Assembly (NCBI RefSeq): GCF_006345805.1
Contig: NC_043006.1
Span: 70,370,001-70,434,000 of the forward strand
Direction: 5' to 3'
Source: Octopus sinensis
Taxonomy: Eukaryota
Length of the DNA: 64,000 nucleotides
The notes under the pieces are model-generated. The model saw nothing but the letters and a program-made list of their open reading frames with translations, did no database searches and was not told the DNA's origin. Numbering within the stretch: the first letter of the stretch is position 1; the number at the start of each line of letters is the position of its first letter. The position numbers were made by a program, and so were the translations under genes. Of this stretch, positions 40,110-53,468 are shown piece after piece.

Positions 40110-40988
40110 AATGGTTTCAAATTTTTCCACATGTCAGCTATTTTGGGGAGGGGTGAGTCAATTACATTATACCTCAGTGTTCAAGCGGTACTTATTTTAT
40201 TGACTTCAAAAGGATGAAAGGGGAAGTCAACTTTGGACGAATTTGAAATCAGAATGTCAGGATGTGTGAAATACCGTAAAGTATTTCATCCAGCATGCTA
40301 ATGATTCTGCCAGTTTGCCACCTTAATAATAATATTAATAATAATAATAATAAGCGCACTCAGAGAGCGCAAACCTCTGCCAAGGCAACACCAATGGAAT
40401 CAGTTTGTGCTAGTTATGAGGCCAAACATTCCTGAAAGTTTCATCTGAATCCATTCAATGGTTCTTGAGATAACTTGTCCAAGGACAAAAAATCACGACT
40501 GCAAACAATACCTCCCCCTTCATTAAGGCAGAGGTAATAATAATAATTATAATAATAATAATAATGCTGATGATAATCCTTTCTATTATAGGCACAAGGC
40601 CTGAAATTTGAGGGGAGGCATTAGTCAATTACATCGACCCCAGTGCTCAACTGGTACTCATTTTATATACCCTTGGTGGAATTTGAACTCAGACCGAAAG
40701 GACAGAGAAAATGCTGCCAAGCATTTTATCCAGTTTGCTAACGATTCTGCTAAATAATGATAACGATGATAATCTTTTGTACTATAAGCTCAAGGGCTGA
40801 ATTCCTCAGGAAAAAGGGGTAGTGGATTACATCAATCCCATTATTTCACTGGTACTATTTCATCAACCCTGAAAAAAATGAAAGGCAAAGTTGACCTCAG
40901 TGGAATTTGAACTCCGAAGGTAAAGACAGACGAAATGCTGTTTAGAATTTTGTCTACTGTGCTAACAATTCTACGAGCTTGCCACCTT
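40110..40988 (-). mobile_element. Three family C SINEs (40110-40325, 40575-40752, 40770-40988) and a hairpin-ended element (40350-40535)
   Basis: Family C bodies. The inner element has ACCTCTGCCAAGG near its start and a terminal ACCTCCCCCTT-CATT-AAGGCAGAGGT hairpin, resembling a HINE or MITE. Confidence 0.75.
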
Positions 40989-41019
40989 ATGTACAATGAT
41001 AATAATAATAATTATGATA

Positions 41020-41445
41020 TTCCTTTCCTTCTTGGGACACAAAACTCCACTTGTGAAGACCTGTTGAGGTAAGTGAAAATCAAAATCGTAATCGATCAAC
41101 ATCAATGGAATTTGTAGCTGCGATACCAGTGCCGGTGGCACGTAAGAGAACCATCCAAACGTGACCGTAGCCAGCGCTGCCCTCACTGGCCTCTGTGCTG
41201 GTGGCACGTAAAAAGCACCATCCGATCGTGGCCGTTTGCCAGCCTCGTCTGGCACCTGTGCCAGTGGCACGTAAAAAACACCGACTATACTCACACGGAG
41301 TGGTTGGCGTTAGGAAGGGCATCCAGCTGTAGAAACACTGCCAGATCAGATTGGGCCTGTTGCAGCCGTCTGGCTTCCCAGACCCCAGTTGAACCGTCCA
41401 ACCCATGCTAGCATGGAAAGCGGACGTTAAACGATGATGATGATT
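41020..41445 (+). mobile_element. Family B, CpG-rich (young) copy
   Basis: Three modules, retained CpGs and a (GAT)n tail. Confidence 0.9.
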
Positions 41446-41526
41446 TCTTTTATTGGCCACAAGGGTCCAAGACATTGAGGACATTATCAAAGAACAAAAT
41501 ACAACACACAAAAAGGTGGGATTTAC

Positions 41527-41577
<51 letters not shown>

Positions 41578-41578
<1 letters not shown>

Positions 41579-41770
41579 AGAGGCGAACTGGCAGAATCAT
41601 TTGCATGCTGTGCAAAATGCCTAACAGCGTTTCATTTGTCTTTATGTTCTGAGTTCAAATTCTGCTCTAGTCGACTTTGCCTTTCATCCTTTCCTAGTGC
41701 ACTAGGATCAATGTAATCGACTAGTCCCTTCCCACCAAATTTTCAGGCCTTGTGCCTTCAGTAGAAATGA

Positions 41771-41816
<46 letters not shown>

Positions 41817-42029
41817 AGAGGGGAAAACTGGCAGAATCGTTAGCACACTGGATGAAATGTTTAGCAGTATTTCGCCCGTCACTATGTTCTAAGTTCAAAT
41901 TCTGCTGAGGTCAACTTTGCTTTTCATCCTTTTGTGGTTGATAAATTATGTACCAGTGAAACACTGGAGTCAATGTGATCAACTCATCCCCTCCCCCAAA
42001 ATGGCTGCCCTTGTGGCAGCATTTGAAAC

Positions 42030-42063
<34 letters not shown>

Positions 42064-42145
42064 GAAGGCAGTGAGCTAGCAGAATTGTTAGCATGCCAGG
42101 CAAAAAGCTTAGCAGCACTACACCTGTTTTTACATTCTGAGTTCA
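41578..42145 (+). mobile_element. Family C SINEs (41578-41770, 41817-42025, head fragment 42064-42145) separated by (TAT)n
   Basis: Head GGCGAACTGGCAGAATC...GAGTTCAAATTC repeated three times. Confidence 0.85.
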
Positions 42146-43384
42146 ATTATATAGTCCTGGGCCAATCAATGCTTTGTGAATGAATCTGATAGACAGAAAC
42201 TGTGAGGAAGCCCATTAGATATATGTCTGTGCATGTGTTTTTGTGTTTGTTTGTTCCTCCACGCCACAACTTGACAACATATGTTGGTTTGGTTGTGTCC
42301 CTGTAACTTAGCAGTTTAGCAAAAGAGATCAATTGAGTAAGTGCCAAATGTAAAATGAATAAGTATTGGGGGTGGAGGGTGATTTGTTCAATGTAAACCA
42401 CTCAAGGTGGCACCCCAGCATGGCCACAGTTCAGTGACTGGAAACAAGTAGAAGATAACAGATGATGATAGCGATAATAATGGTGGCTGCTGCCGTTGCT
42501 GCTGCTGCTCAAATCTTTAGAGAAAGGAGATTTATAGCTTATCGAACTGACTGCCAGGATATAAACTGGTGATTGGGTTTATCAACAATGGCTTCTAACA
42601 GAGACACAGCATCAGAAATGTACAGAGAGGCAGGGAGTCTTCTCATATTACAACATTTCTTCATCAATTTCCTGCATTCTCCCCATCCATTTATCAGGTT
42701 ACTATCCCATTTACTCTACATCACCACATAGGAGGAATTACAACCATGTTTCGTGGTCTGCTACCACAACAGCTCCTTTATAGGATCCAGTTAGCTCAAG
42801 ACATCATCAGGAGGAACCACGTCCGATTTCGGCCCCTACTCCTCTACCGTTTTGACGTGGCGGGGCCCCGCCTTTTGGAGGTGTCTTCAGCTCTGGTGTT
42901 GGGTGCATGTCTTCTTTCTTCTTTCTTCTGTTCCCTGGCTTCTTCGATGTATCGTCAGCGAAACCAAAATCTTACACTTAGACCAGCCGCTATTTGTTTC
43001 TACCGGTCGCTGTTGGGGCTTTGAGTGTTCTTGGACTCTGCATTGCTGATTTCCTCTGCAAAATTAGGATAACGGTGGACTTCTGAGAAATGAGCCCTGC
43101 AAGGTCATGTGGCTGTTGCAGTGTGTGGTAGTGGTCATTCTCTGCAGCAACACCCTTGCAATTATGTCCCCAAGGCGTGGCTGAATACATCATTTGGTCT
43201 GGGATGTTACAACCTGTTACTCCCACCCCTCCCATGTTTTGCTGCTTAATTCCTTCCCCCACCGTTTCTTTTTCTTTGTTTCCTTGGCGAGGTAGTTCTG
43301 TTTTTATTTTTTTTCCCAATAACTTGATCATTTATACTCATATTTTTCTCTCTTTTCATCCTGTAGAAATATGTTGCTAAATTC

Positions 43385-43783
43385 TTTTTCTTTTATTCAT
43401 TTATTTGTTTCAGTCATTTGACTGTGGCTATGCTGGAGCACCGCCTTTAGTCGAGCAAATCAACCCCATGACTTATTCTTTGTAAGCCTAGTACTTATTC
43501 TATTGGTCTTTCTTGCTGAACCGCTAAATGACAGGGACGTAAACGCACCAGCATCAGTTGCCAAATGATGTTGGCGGGGCAAACACAGATACTCAGACAT
43601 ATACATACAGTAATAATAAAAGAGAGACGGGCTTCTTTTCAGTTTCCATCTACCAAATCCATTCACAAGGCTTTGGTCAGCCCAAGGCTATAGTAGAAGA
43701 CACTTGCTCAAGGTGCCATGCAGTGGGACTGGACACGGAACTATGTGGTTGGTAAGCAAGCTACTTACCACACAGCCACTCCT
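43385..43783 (-). mobile_element. SINE family A
   Basis: Reverse complement of the family A consensus. Confidence 0.9.
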
Positions 43784-43817
43784 AAATTATTTTCATATAT
43801 TATATAAATTTAACCTT

Positions 43818-44240
43818 AGGCGCAGGAGTGGCCATGTCGTAAGAAGCTTGCTTCCCAACCACATTGTTCTGAGTTCAGTCCTACTCCATGGTACCTTGGG
43901 CAAGTGTCTCCTACTATAGCATCAGGTCAACCAAAGCCTTGTGAGTGGATTTGATTGATGGAAACTGAAAGAAGCCTGTTGTATTTATATATACATATTA
44001 TCATCTATGTATGTATGTATTTGTTTGTGTGGCTGTGTTTGTCCCCTCCACCCCACCATCGCTTGACAACCAGTGTTGGTGTATTTAGATTCCTGCAACT
44101 TAGCAGCTCAGCAAAAGAGACCGATAAAATAAGTATTAGGCTTACAAAGATTAAGTCCTGGTTGTTGATTTGTTTGTCTAAAGGCTGTGCACCAGCATGG
44201 CCACAGTCAAATGACTGAAACAAGTAAAAGAAAAGAAAAA
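43818..44240 (+). mobile_element. SINE family A
   Basis: Full-length copy with head AGGCGCAGGAGTGG. Confidence 0.9.
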
Positions 44241-44480
44241 CCGTAAAAACCTGCTTTAACCTTTTTGGTACCAATCTGCCTGAAAATACCCTGGCTTCTC
44301 TGATACAAGTTCCCTATTTTAAAATGATTTTCATTCAAAAACCTTCCATCAAAATTTCATTCTACTTTTTGTTCCAAATACCAGTTAAATAATGACAAAC
44401 ATGTTTTAATAAATTCTTTATTATTTTCAAAATTAACTGAAAGAAATTAGTATATTTCTACAAAAATATGGTTACAAAAT

Positions 44481-44690
44481 TACCATATTTGATGGCATAT
44501 AAGACACGCAAGCAAGTTAGGCACACCCCAATTTCAGCAGCGCACGTTCGGGGAAAAAGTTTTTTATGCATTAAAAAAAGCATGTAATATTAGCTTGTGG
44601 GAAGCCCAATTTCACATATAAGACCCATTGTTATTTTTTGAGACAGATTTTTGGGTAAAAAGTATGTCTTATATGACATCATATAGTCTA
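44481..44690. mobile_element. pogo/Tigger-like MITE
   Basis: Imperfect TIRs TACCATATTTGATGGCATATAAGACA / TGTCTTATATGACATCATATAGTCTA with TA ends. Confidence 0.6.
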
Positions 44691-44919
44691 CCAAAATAAA
44701 TATGGAACTGTGATAAAGAATTTTCAAATTTAAAACAATTTTCTCCACCGGAATCACTAAATTTTCTTGGGGTTCTTGAAATCTCATCCAGGTCAAAAAT
44801 TGTGTATTTTTTTTATTAATGTCATTCGCACGTAGGAAGCATGATATGAATATATATCAACCCAGTATTTTACTGGTACTTACATTATAGACCTTGGGAG
44901 GATAAGTGATAAAATAAGC

Positions 44920-45195
44920 ATCATCATTTAACAGCTGTTCTCCATGCTGCCATGGGTTGGACGGTTTGACCAGGGCGGGTAAGCTGGAAGGTTGCACCAG
45001 ACTCCAGTCTGATTTGGTATGGTTTTCTACAGCTGGATGCCCTTTCTAGCACCAACCATTCCAAGAGTGTAATAGGTGCTTTTACATGCCACCAACATGG
45101 GAGCCATTTGCATGACACTGTTAGCTGTCATGACTACAATTTTGCTCAGCTTGATAGGTTTTCTTCTCAAGCACGACATAATGCCAAAGGTCATG
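44920..45195 (-). mobile_element. Family B
   Basis: Reverse-complement tail and modules. Confidence 0.8.
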
Positions 45196-45210
45196 GAAAT
45201 TATTCTAACC

Positions 45211-45680
45211 CAGTGGTTTTCATTTGGGGTCCATATAAGATTTTGTTGTTAACGTTTACGTAAAATATATTAGTTATACTTCTACAATACACAAAATATT
45301 AAAGAAAATTTTTTTGTACAGTTCCTCAAAATAATTTCTACTCTAGGCACATGGCCTTGAAAATTTTTTGGGGAGGGGGCTAGTCAATTACATTGACCCC
45401 AGTGCATAACTGGTACTTATTTCATCAACCCAGAAAGGATGAAAGGTAAAGTCAACCTCAGCGGAATTTGAACTTAGAATGTAGTGGTAGACGAAATACC
45501 ACTAAGCATTTCGCCCAGCATGCTAACGATTCTGCCAGCTCGTCACCTTCGTACAGTTCTTAATAATATTTAATTATAAAAATACAATTGGATTTTTAAA
45601 CATGGAATGGTTATGGGGGTCCACCAGAGTAAAATAGGAACCAAAGAGATTCCTAGGGAGAAAATGGTTGAGAACCACTG
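45211..45680. mobile_element. hAT-like MITE (CAGTGGTT...GAGAACCACTG) containing a family C SINE (45330-45550, -)
   Basis: Terminal inverted repeats. The nested SINE has TSD GTACAGTTC at 45316 and 45551. The MITE's own 8-bp TSD is not preserved. Confidence 0.7.
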
Positions 45681-46168
45681 ATCCATACATTACCAATTCT
45701 ACAAGTCACTGCTGTCTTATCCAAAGATTGGTACAAAGACAGTAATTTGTGGAAGAGCTACTCAGATCAAGATTTCATCAAATGGTTGGTACTTACTAAA
45801 CCAATGTGGAATCCTGTATGACATTCAACCTGCTAGAAATAGCAGCTACAATCTCCTACTGACTGAAAAATGGGAATGACACATTGGATAGTGTAGTTGT
45901 AGATATGAGAAAGATAGGATGGTCACTGGAATGTCTTTGATTAAAGTTCTGCAAAAACAACAACAATAACTGGTATTATTTTAAACAGTTTTGGGATTAA
46001 GATTTGGGTTATGTAAGATTTTAAAAAATTTGCAAGACAGAAATGAAACTGTTGGCTACTGTTTTTTTTTTCTATCTTTCAATCTGCCATTGTATCTGTC
46101 TGTTTGTCTACTCAATATTCTGCCCATCGTTTTTACCTACAGTTCTACTTATGTAACTTTCTACCTAT

Positions 46169-46209
<41 letters not shown>

Positions 46210-46391
46210 CTCTCTATCTATCTACCTACCTATATACCTAACAACCTATCTATCTACCTAACTTTCTATCTATCTATCTATACTTCTCTCTCTCTCTCTC
46301 TCTCTACATCATGCCAGCATGGAAGGCAGGTGTTAAATGATGGTGATGATGATGATATATATATTTACACATATATACACATGCACACACA

Positions 46392-46392
<1 letters not shown>

Positions 46393-46433
<41 letters not shown>

Positions 46434-46505
46434 CCTCTATCTATCTATCTCTATCTATCTACCTCTATCTATCTATCTATATCTATTATATTCTATCTAT
46501 CTATA

Positions 46506-46543
<38 letters not shown>

Positions 46544-46582
46544 CCTCTATCTATCTATCATCTATCTATCTATCTATCTACC

Positions 46583-46616
<34 letters not shown>

Positions 46617-46619
46617 ATC

Positions 46620-46651
<32 letters not shown>

Positions 46652-46665
46652 CCTCTCTATCTATC
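46393..46665. repeat. (CTAT)n microsatellite
   Basis: Direct reading. Confidence 0.95.
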
Positions 46666-48361
46666 CACATGCCGCATATCTATGGGTTTTTTTTTTTACA
46701 GTTTATTCCACCATAATCTCTTGTATTCTTTCAAACTAAAGTAAATTTAGAAACACACTTCTGTCTGAACACGCATACACATGCACACAAACATGCACTT
46801 GCACCCACATACACATACACACATGCACTTCACACACACCCACACACACACACACACAACATTCCCCTCCCCTTCCTTGTCACTAATGTTATCTCTCAGA
46901 CATTTTCTGTTTGTATTGCTTTAGCAGTAGGCTCTGAAGATAGGGAAGAATGCTTAGCTGGCACATCCTTCTTCCCCACCACTCGCCAGGCACACACATA
47001 TATCTACTCCCTTCACCGCTACTATCGCCACCACCACTCTGCAATCCCTCCCACCACACTTACCTACCACACATTTATCTACTCCCCTCACTCCTCACAT
47101 ATTCACACACACATACATCTATCTCTTCATTACCAACACCAACGCTCCCATCACATATACAGACACACATAACACACATATCTATCCCTTTATCACCACC
47201 ACCACCACTATTGCCTCTACCTATATCATTACCCCATCCCCACTTTGTGCCAATGACGGAGCCTGTACATAGTTGCTTGGGGCTGCTAGAAATAGCAGCC
47301 AAATAACTCTCAAACCATACTGTACTACTTAGGGACCTTGGATAACAGATAAAACTGCTGAAAATAAAAGCAGAGTAGTCATGGCTGGAACTACTTTGAT
47401 CACATCTGCTTCTCCATCATGGTTGACTCAGGGTTAAAAAAACAATAGGCTCCTTCTACCTCCGTTCAACCCACAATTCCTCTCTTTACCCATCACTCTA
47501 TCTTTCTTGGCTTTGTGTATGGGATGTTGTTTAGCCCCAGGTCAGCCCTGACTGAGTAAACCTATAATCAAAGGTGTCCCATCTCTGACTGCCTGATCCT
47601 CTACTCTGCATGTTGATGTTTACTTCAAGTCTAACTAATTGAACAGGTCTATGATGAAAGACGTTTCATCCATGACCATCCCATTGTTATGTATATATCT
47701 AGAGCTACATTGTGTCCTTATTTAAAAGTGTAGGGTTTATGTGATTGAAAGGGAATTTGGTGCTGTTTCTGGCAGGCTGAATTATGGCATAATGGCCCTT
47801 TTATTGTCTTGTGTGTATGTGTGTGTGTATGAGTACATATATGTATATGTGTATGAGTACATATATGTATATGTGTATGAGTACATATATGTATATGTGT
47901 ATGAGTACATATATGTATATGTGTATGAGTACATATATGTATATGTGTATGAGTACATATATATGTATATGTGTATGAGTATATATATATGTATATGTGT
48001 GTATGTATCTGTATGTATGCATATATATGTACATATGCATATGTATGAACATATATGTACATATGTATATGTATGTACATATATATGTATATATATGTAT
48101 GTACATATAAGTACATATGTATATATATGTACATATATATATGTATGTACATATATATGTATGTACATATAAGTACATATGTATATGTATGTATATGTAT
48201 GTACATATATTTACATATGTATATGTATGTACACATATAGGTATGTATATGTATGTACATATACATATATATGTATTTTTGTATTTATTTATATATGTAT
48301 GTTTGTGTATATATGTGTGTTTATGTTTGTATATATATGTGTATGTATGTTTGTATATATG

Positions 48362-48392
<31 letters not shown>

Positions 48393-48403
48393 TTGTGTAT
48401 ATA

Positions 48404-48439
<36 letters not shown>

Positions 48440-49548
48440 TGTATGTATGTATATATATATATATATGTGAATGTATGTTTGTGTATATATGTATGTATGT
48501 ATATATATATGTGAATGTATGTTTGTGTATATATGTATGTATATATATATGTGAATGTATGTTTGTGTATATATGTATGTATGTATATATATATGTGAAT
48601 GTATGTTTGTGTATATATGTATGTATGTATATATATATGTGAATGTATGTTTGTGTATATATGTATGTATGTATGTATATATATATATGTATTTGTGTAT
48701 GTTGCTGTGGCATGGGTTTTATATATGTGCACTGGCACTGTATGTGTGTGTGTAGAACTATAAATATGTGTGTCTGATGTCTGCTGTGGGTATGTTTTGC
48801 TGTTTAGCTCCAGGTCATCTCCCATTAAGTAGGCCTATCATCAAAGCCCTTCCAAATAAAGCCATCACATTTTTTTTCTGTTGCAAAATATGTTTCTGTA
48901 TTTACTGTTATTTTTTTTTTTCTTTTAGACAGTACGGCTGATTTGAGGGATGGGTAACTGTTATTTCTAGCAAGTTAAACAGCCACTACTAAAAACTCCT
49001 TAGTTAGCTTGTGTATATGTGTTATGTGTGTGTTGAAAGTGTGTATATATTTTATGGTGTATGTAGATGGGAGTTATTGTATGTATACATGTATATGATG
49101 TGTTGAGCATGTGTATGTGTTGTGTGTGTATATGTGTGTGTGGATTATGTGAGAGTATGATGTGTATGTATGTCAAGTTTATTGTATGTGAATATGTGTA
49201 TGTCTGGTATACTGTGTTTGTGGGTGTGTGTGTGTACCGAAGTAGTATGTGTGTGTGTGTATGCGTGTAAAGGAGGGAAATTAAATGACTGCAGTTGTTT
49301 TCTGTGTGTGGATTGGTTGATAGTGATGTTGGAAGGAGGCCTTTTGGTGTGGGTGGGGTAGTAGTGGTGGGTGCTCATTGCCAGCAGTGTGTGTGTGTGT
49401 GTGGTGTGTGTTGTATGTGTGGTGTGTGTAGGAGTGTTAAGGAAAACCTAGGGATTGGGGAGAGAAGCAAGTGATGTTGGTTGGGTGGTGGTGTTATGTT
49501 ATGGTTTATAGGTCAATGTGACCCCCACATAAGTGTGTAGAGGGGACG
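46589..49548 (+). repeat. Copy 1 of a 2.96 kb near-identical direct duplication
   Basis: Matches 49649-52608 apart from small indels and microsatellite length differences. Confidence 0.95.
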
Positions 49549-49648
49549 NNNNNNNNNNNNNNNNNNNNNNNNNNNNNNNNNNNNNNNNNNNNNNNNNNNN
49601 NNNNNNNNNNNNNNNNNNNNNNNNNNNNNNNNNNNNNNNNNNNNNNNN
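49549..49648. other. Assembly gap (100 N)
   Basis: Run of N. Confidence 1.
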
Positions 49649-49720
<72 letters not shown>

Positions 49721-51475
49721 CCTCTCTATCTATCCACATGCGCGCATATCTATGGGTTTTTTTTTTCTACAGTTTATTCCACCATAATCTCTTGTATTCT
49801 TTCAAACTAAAGTAACATTTAGAAACACACTTTCTGTCTGAACACGCATACACATGCACACAAACATGCACTTGCACCCACATACACATACACACATGCA
49901 TTCACACACACACACACACACACACCACACATTTCCCTCCCCCTTCCTTGTCACTACTGTTATCTCTCAGACATTTTCTGTTTGTATTGCTTTAGCAGTA
50001 GGCTCTGAAGATAGGGAAGAATGCTTAGCTGGCACATCCTTCTTCCCCACCACTCGCCAGGCACACACATATATCTACTCCCTTCACCGCTACTATCGCC
50101 ACCACCACTCTGCAATCCCTCCCACCACACTTACCTACCACACATTTATCTACTCCCCTCACTCCTCACATATTCACACACACATACATCTATCTTCTTC
50201 ATTACCAACACCAACGCTCCCATCACATATACAGACACACATACACACACATATCTATTCCCTTTATCACCACCACCACCACTATTGCCTCTACCTATAT
50301 CATTACCCCATCCCCACTTTGTGCCAATGACGGAGCCTGTACATAGTTGCTTGGGGCTGCTAGAAATAGCAGCCAAATAACTCTCAAACCATACTGTACT
50401 ACTTAGGGACCTTGGATAACAGATAAAACTGCTGAAAATAAAAGCAGAGTAGTCATGGCTGGAACTACTTTGATCACATCTGCTTCTCCATCATGGTTGA
50501 CTCAGGGTTAAAAAAACAATAGGCTCCTTCTACCTCCGTTCAACCCACAATTCCTCTCTTTACCCATCACTCTATCTTTCTTGGCTTTGTGTATGGGATG
50601 TTGTTTAGCCCCAGGTCAGCCCTGACTGAGTAAACCTATAATCAAAGGTGTCCCATCTCTGACTGCCTGATCCTCTACTCTGCATGTTGATGTTTACTTC
50701 AAGTCTAACTAATTGAACAGGTCTATGATGAAAGACGTTTCATCCATGACCATCCCATTGTTATGTATATATCTAGAGCTACATTGTGTCCTTATTTAAA
50801 AGTGTAGGGTTTATGTGATTGAAAGGGAATTTGGTGCTGTTTCTGGCAGGCTGAATTATGGCATAATGGCCCTTTTATTGTCTTGTGTGTATGTGTGTGT
50901 GTATGAGTACATATATGTATATGTGTATGAGTACATATATGTATATGTGTATGAGTACATATATGTATATGTGTATGAGTACATATATGCATATGTGTAT
51001 GAGTACATATATGTATATGTGTATGAGTAATATAATATGTATATGTGTATGAGTATATATATATGTATATGTGTGTATGTATCTGTATGTATGCATATAT
51101 ATGTACATATGCATATGTATGAACATATATGTACATATGTATATGTATGTACATATATATGTATATATATGTATGTACATATAAGTACATATGTATATAT
51201 ATGTACATATATATATGTATGTACATATATATGTATGTACATATAAGTACATATGTATATGTATGTATATGTATGTACATATATTTACATATGTATATGT
51301 ATGTACACATATAGGTATGTATATGTATGTACATATACATATATATGTATTTTTGTATTTATTTATATATGTATGTTTGTGTATATATGTGTGTTTATGT
51401 TTGTATATATATGTGTATGTATGTTTGTATATATGTATATATATATGTGTGTGTGTGTGTGTGTTTGTGTATATA

Positions 51476-51511
<36 letters not shown>

Positions 51512-52448
51512 TGTATATATATATATATGTGAATGTATGTTTGTGTATATATGTATGTATGTATATATATATGTGAATGTATGTTTGTGTATATATGTAT
51601 GTATATATATATGTGAATGTATGTTTGTGTATATATGTATGTATGTATATATATATGTGAATGTATGTTTGTGTATATATGTATGTATGTATATATATAT
51701 GTGAATGTATGTTTGTGTATATATGTATGTATGTATGTATATATATATATGTATTTGTGTATGTTGCTGTGGCATGGGTTTTATATATGTGCACTGGCAC
51801 TGTATGTGTGTGTGTAGAACTATAAATATGTGTGTCTGATGTCTGCTGTGGGTATGTTTTGCTGTTTAGCTCCAGGTCATCTCCCATTAAGTAGGCCTAT
51901 CATCAAAGCCCTTCCAAATAAAGCCATCACATTTTTTTTCTGTTGCAAAATATGTTTCTGTATTTACTGTTATTTTTTTTTTTCTTTTAGACAGTACGGC
52001 TGATTTGAGGGATGGGTAACTGTTATTTCTAGCAAGTTAAACAGCCACTAACTAAAAACTCCTTAGTTAGCTTGTGTATATGTGTTATGTGTGTGTTGAA
52101 AGTGTATATATTTTTATGGTGTATGTAGATGGGAGTTATTGTATGTATACATGTATATGATGTGTTGAGCATGTGTATGTGTTGTGTGTGTATATGTGTG
52201 TGATGGATTATGTGAGAGTATGATGTGTATGTATGTCAAGTTTATTGTATGTGAATATGTGTATGTCTGGTATACTGTGTTTGTGTGTGTGTGTGTGTAC
52301 CTGAAGTAGTATGTGTGTGTGTGTATGCGTGTTAAAGGAGGGAAATTAAATGACTGCAGTTGTTTTCTGTGTGTGGATTGGTTGATAGTGATGTTGGAAG
52401 GAGGCCTTTTGGTGTGGGTGGGGTAGTAGTGGTGGGTGCTCATTGCCA

Positions 52449-52495
<47 letters not shown>

Positions 52496-52608
52496 GAGTG
52501 TTAAGGAAACCTAGGGATTGGGGAGAGAAGCAAGTGATGTTGGGGTGGTGGTGTTATGTTATGGTTTATAGGTCAATGTGACCCCCACATAAGTGTGTAG
52601 AGGGGACG
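49649..52608 (+). repeat. Copy 2 of the 2.96 kb duplication
   Basis: Continues through AGGGGACG into unique sequence at the point where copy 1 stops at the gap. Confidence 0.95.
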
Positions 52609-53124
52609 GAGGGGATGAGAGGTGCCATTGTGTCTGCATGTGTATATATATTTGCGTTTATAAGTATATGTGTGTGTGTGTGTGTGTGTGAGGGTATTTC
52701 TTTGTGTGCATGTCTGTATGCTTATGTGTGTGTGTGAGGTTATTTCTTTGTGTGCATGTCTGTATGCATATGTGAGTGTATGTATGTAACTATATATGCG
52801 TATACTACACACACACACACATGTACACACATATATATATACATACACACACACATACATGGTTACATACACACACACATTTAGGGCCCCCTAGTAGACA
52901 CTTAATACACAGAAGATAATCATTTCTTCATAATATTTGGCATGATTAGAAGTCTGAAGTTGAATTTAAGAAATTATAAAGAAAAAGCTGCATGGAATAT
53001 GCAGATTTTATTTTGTTTTTCTGTTTGCTTAATTATTATGACGTTCTTAAAATTTCTAGTCAATGGTGTTAATGTATAGCACTATTTCATTCTTTTTTGA
53101 AATCATCAGCATGATACATTACTC

Positions 53125-53468
53125 TTTTACTTTAGTCAAAGAAATCAACCCCAGGACTTATTCTTTGTAAGCCCAGTACTTATTCTATCGGTCTCTTTTG
53201 CCGAACCGGTATGTTACGGGGGCGTAACATATGATATTGGGGGACAAACACAGACACACAAACATATACACACACATATACATATATATATATACACATA
53301 TATACAATGGGCTTCTTTCAGTTTCTGTCTACCAAATCCACTCACAAGGCTTTGGTTGACCCGAGGCTATAGTAGAAGACACTTGACCAAGGTACCATGC
53401 AGTGGGACTGAACCCAGAACCATGTGGTTGATAAGCAAGCTACTTACCACCACACAGCCACTCCTGTG
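53125..53468 (-). mobile_element. SINE family A
   Basis: Reverse-complement match. Confidence 0.85.

Noticed and set aside
42735-42812. Minus-strand CTGATGA...GAAAC hammerhead-like motif
   Set aside because: Stem II has no closing pair, and the strand after the putative cleavage site does not pair with the sequence upstream of the core.
46950-47306. 118/119-aa ORFs present twice (also 50021-50380), suggesting a gene duplication
   Set aside because: They are low-complexity CA/CT sequence inside the gap-flanking duplication.
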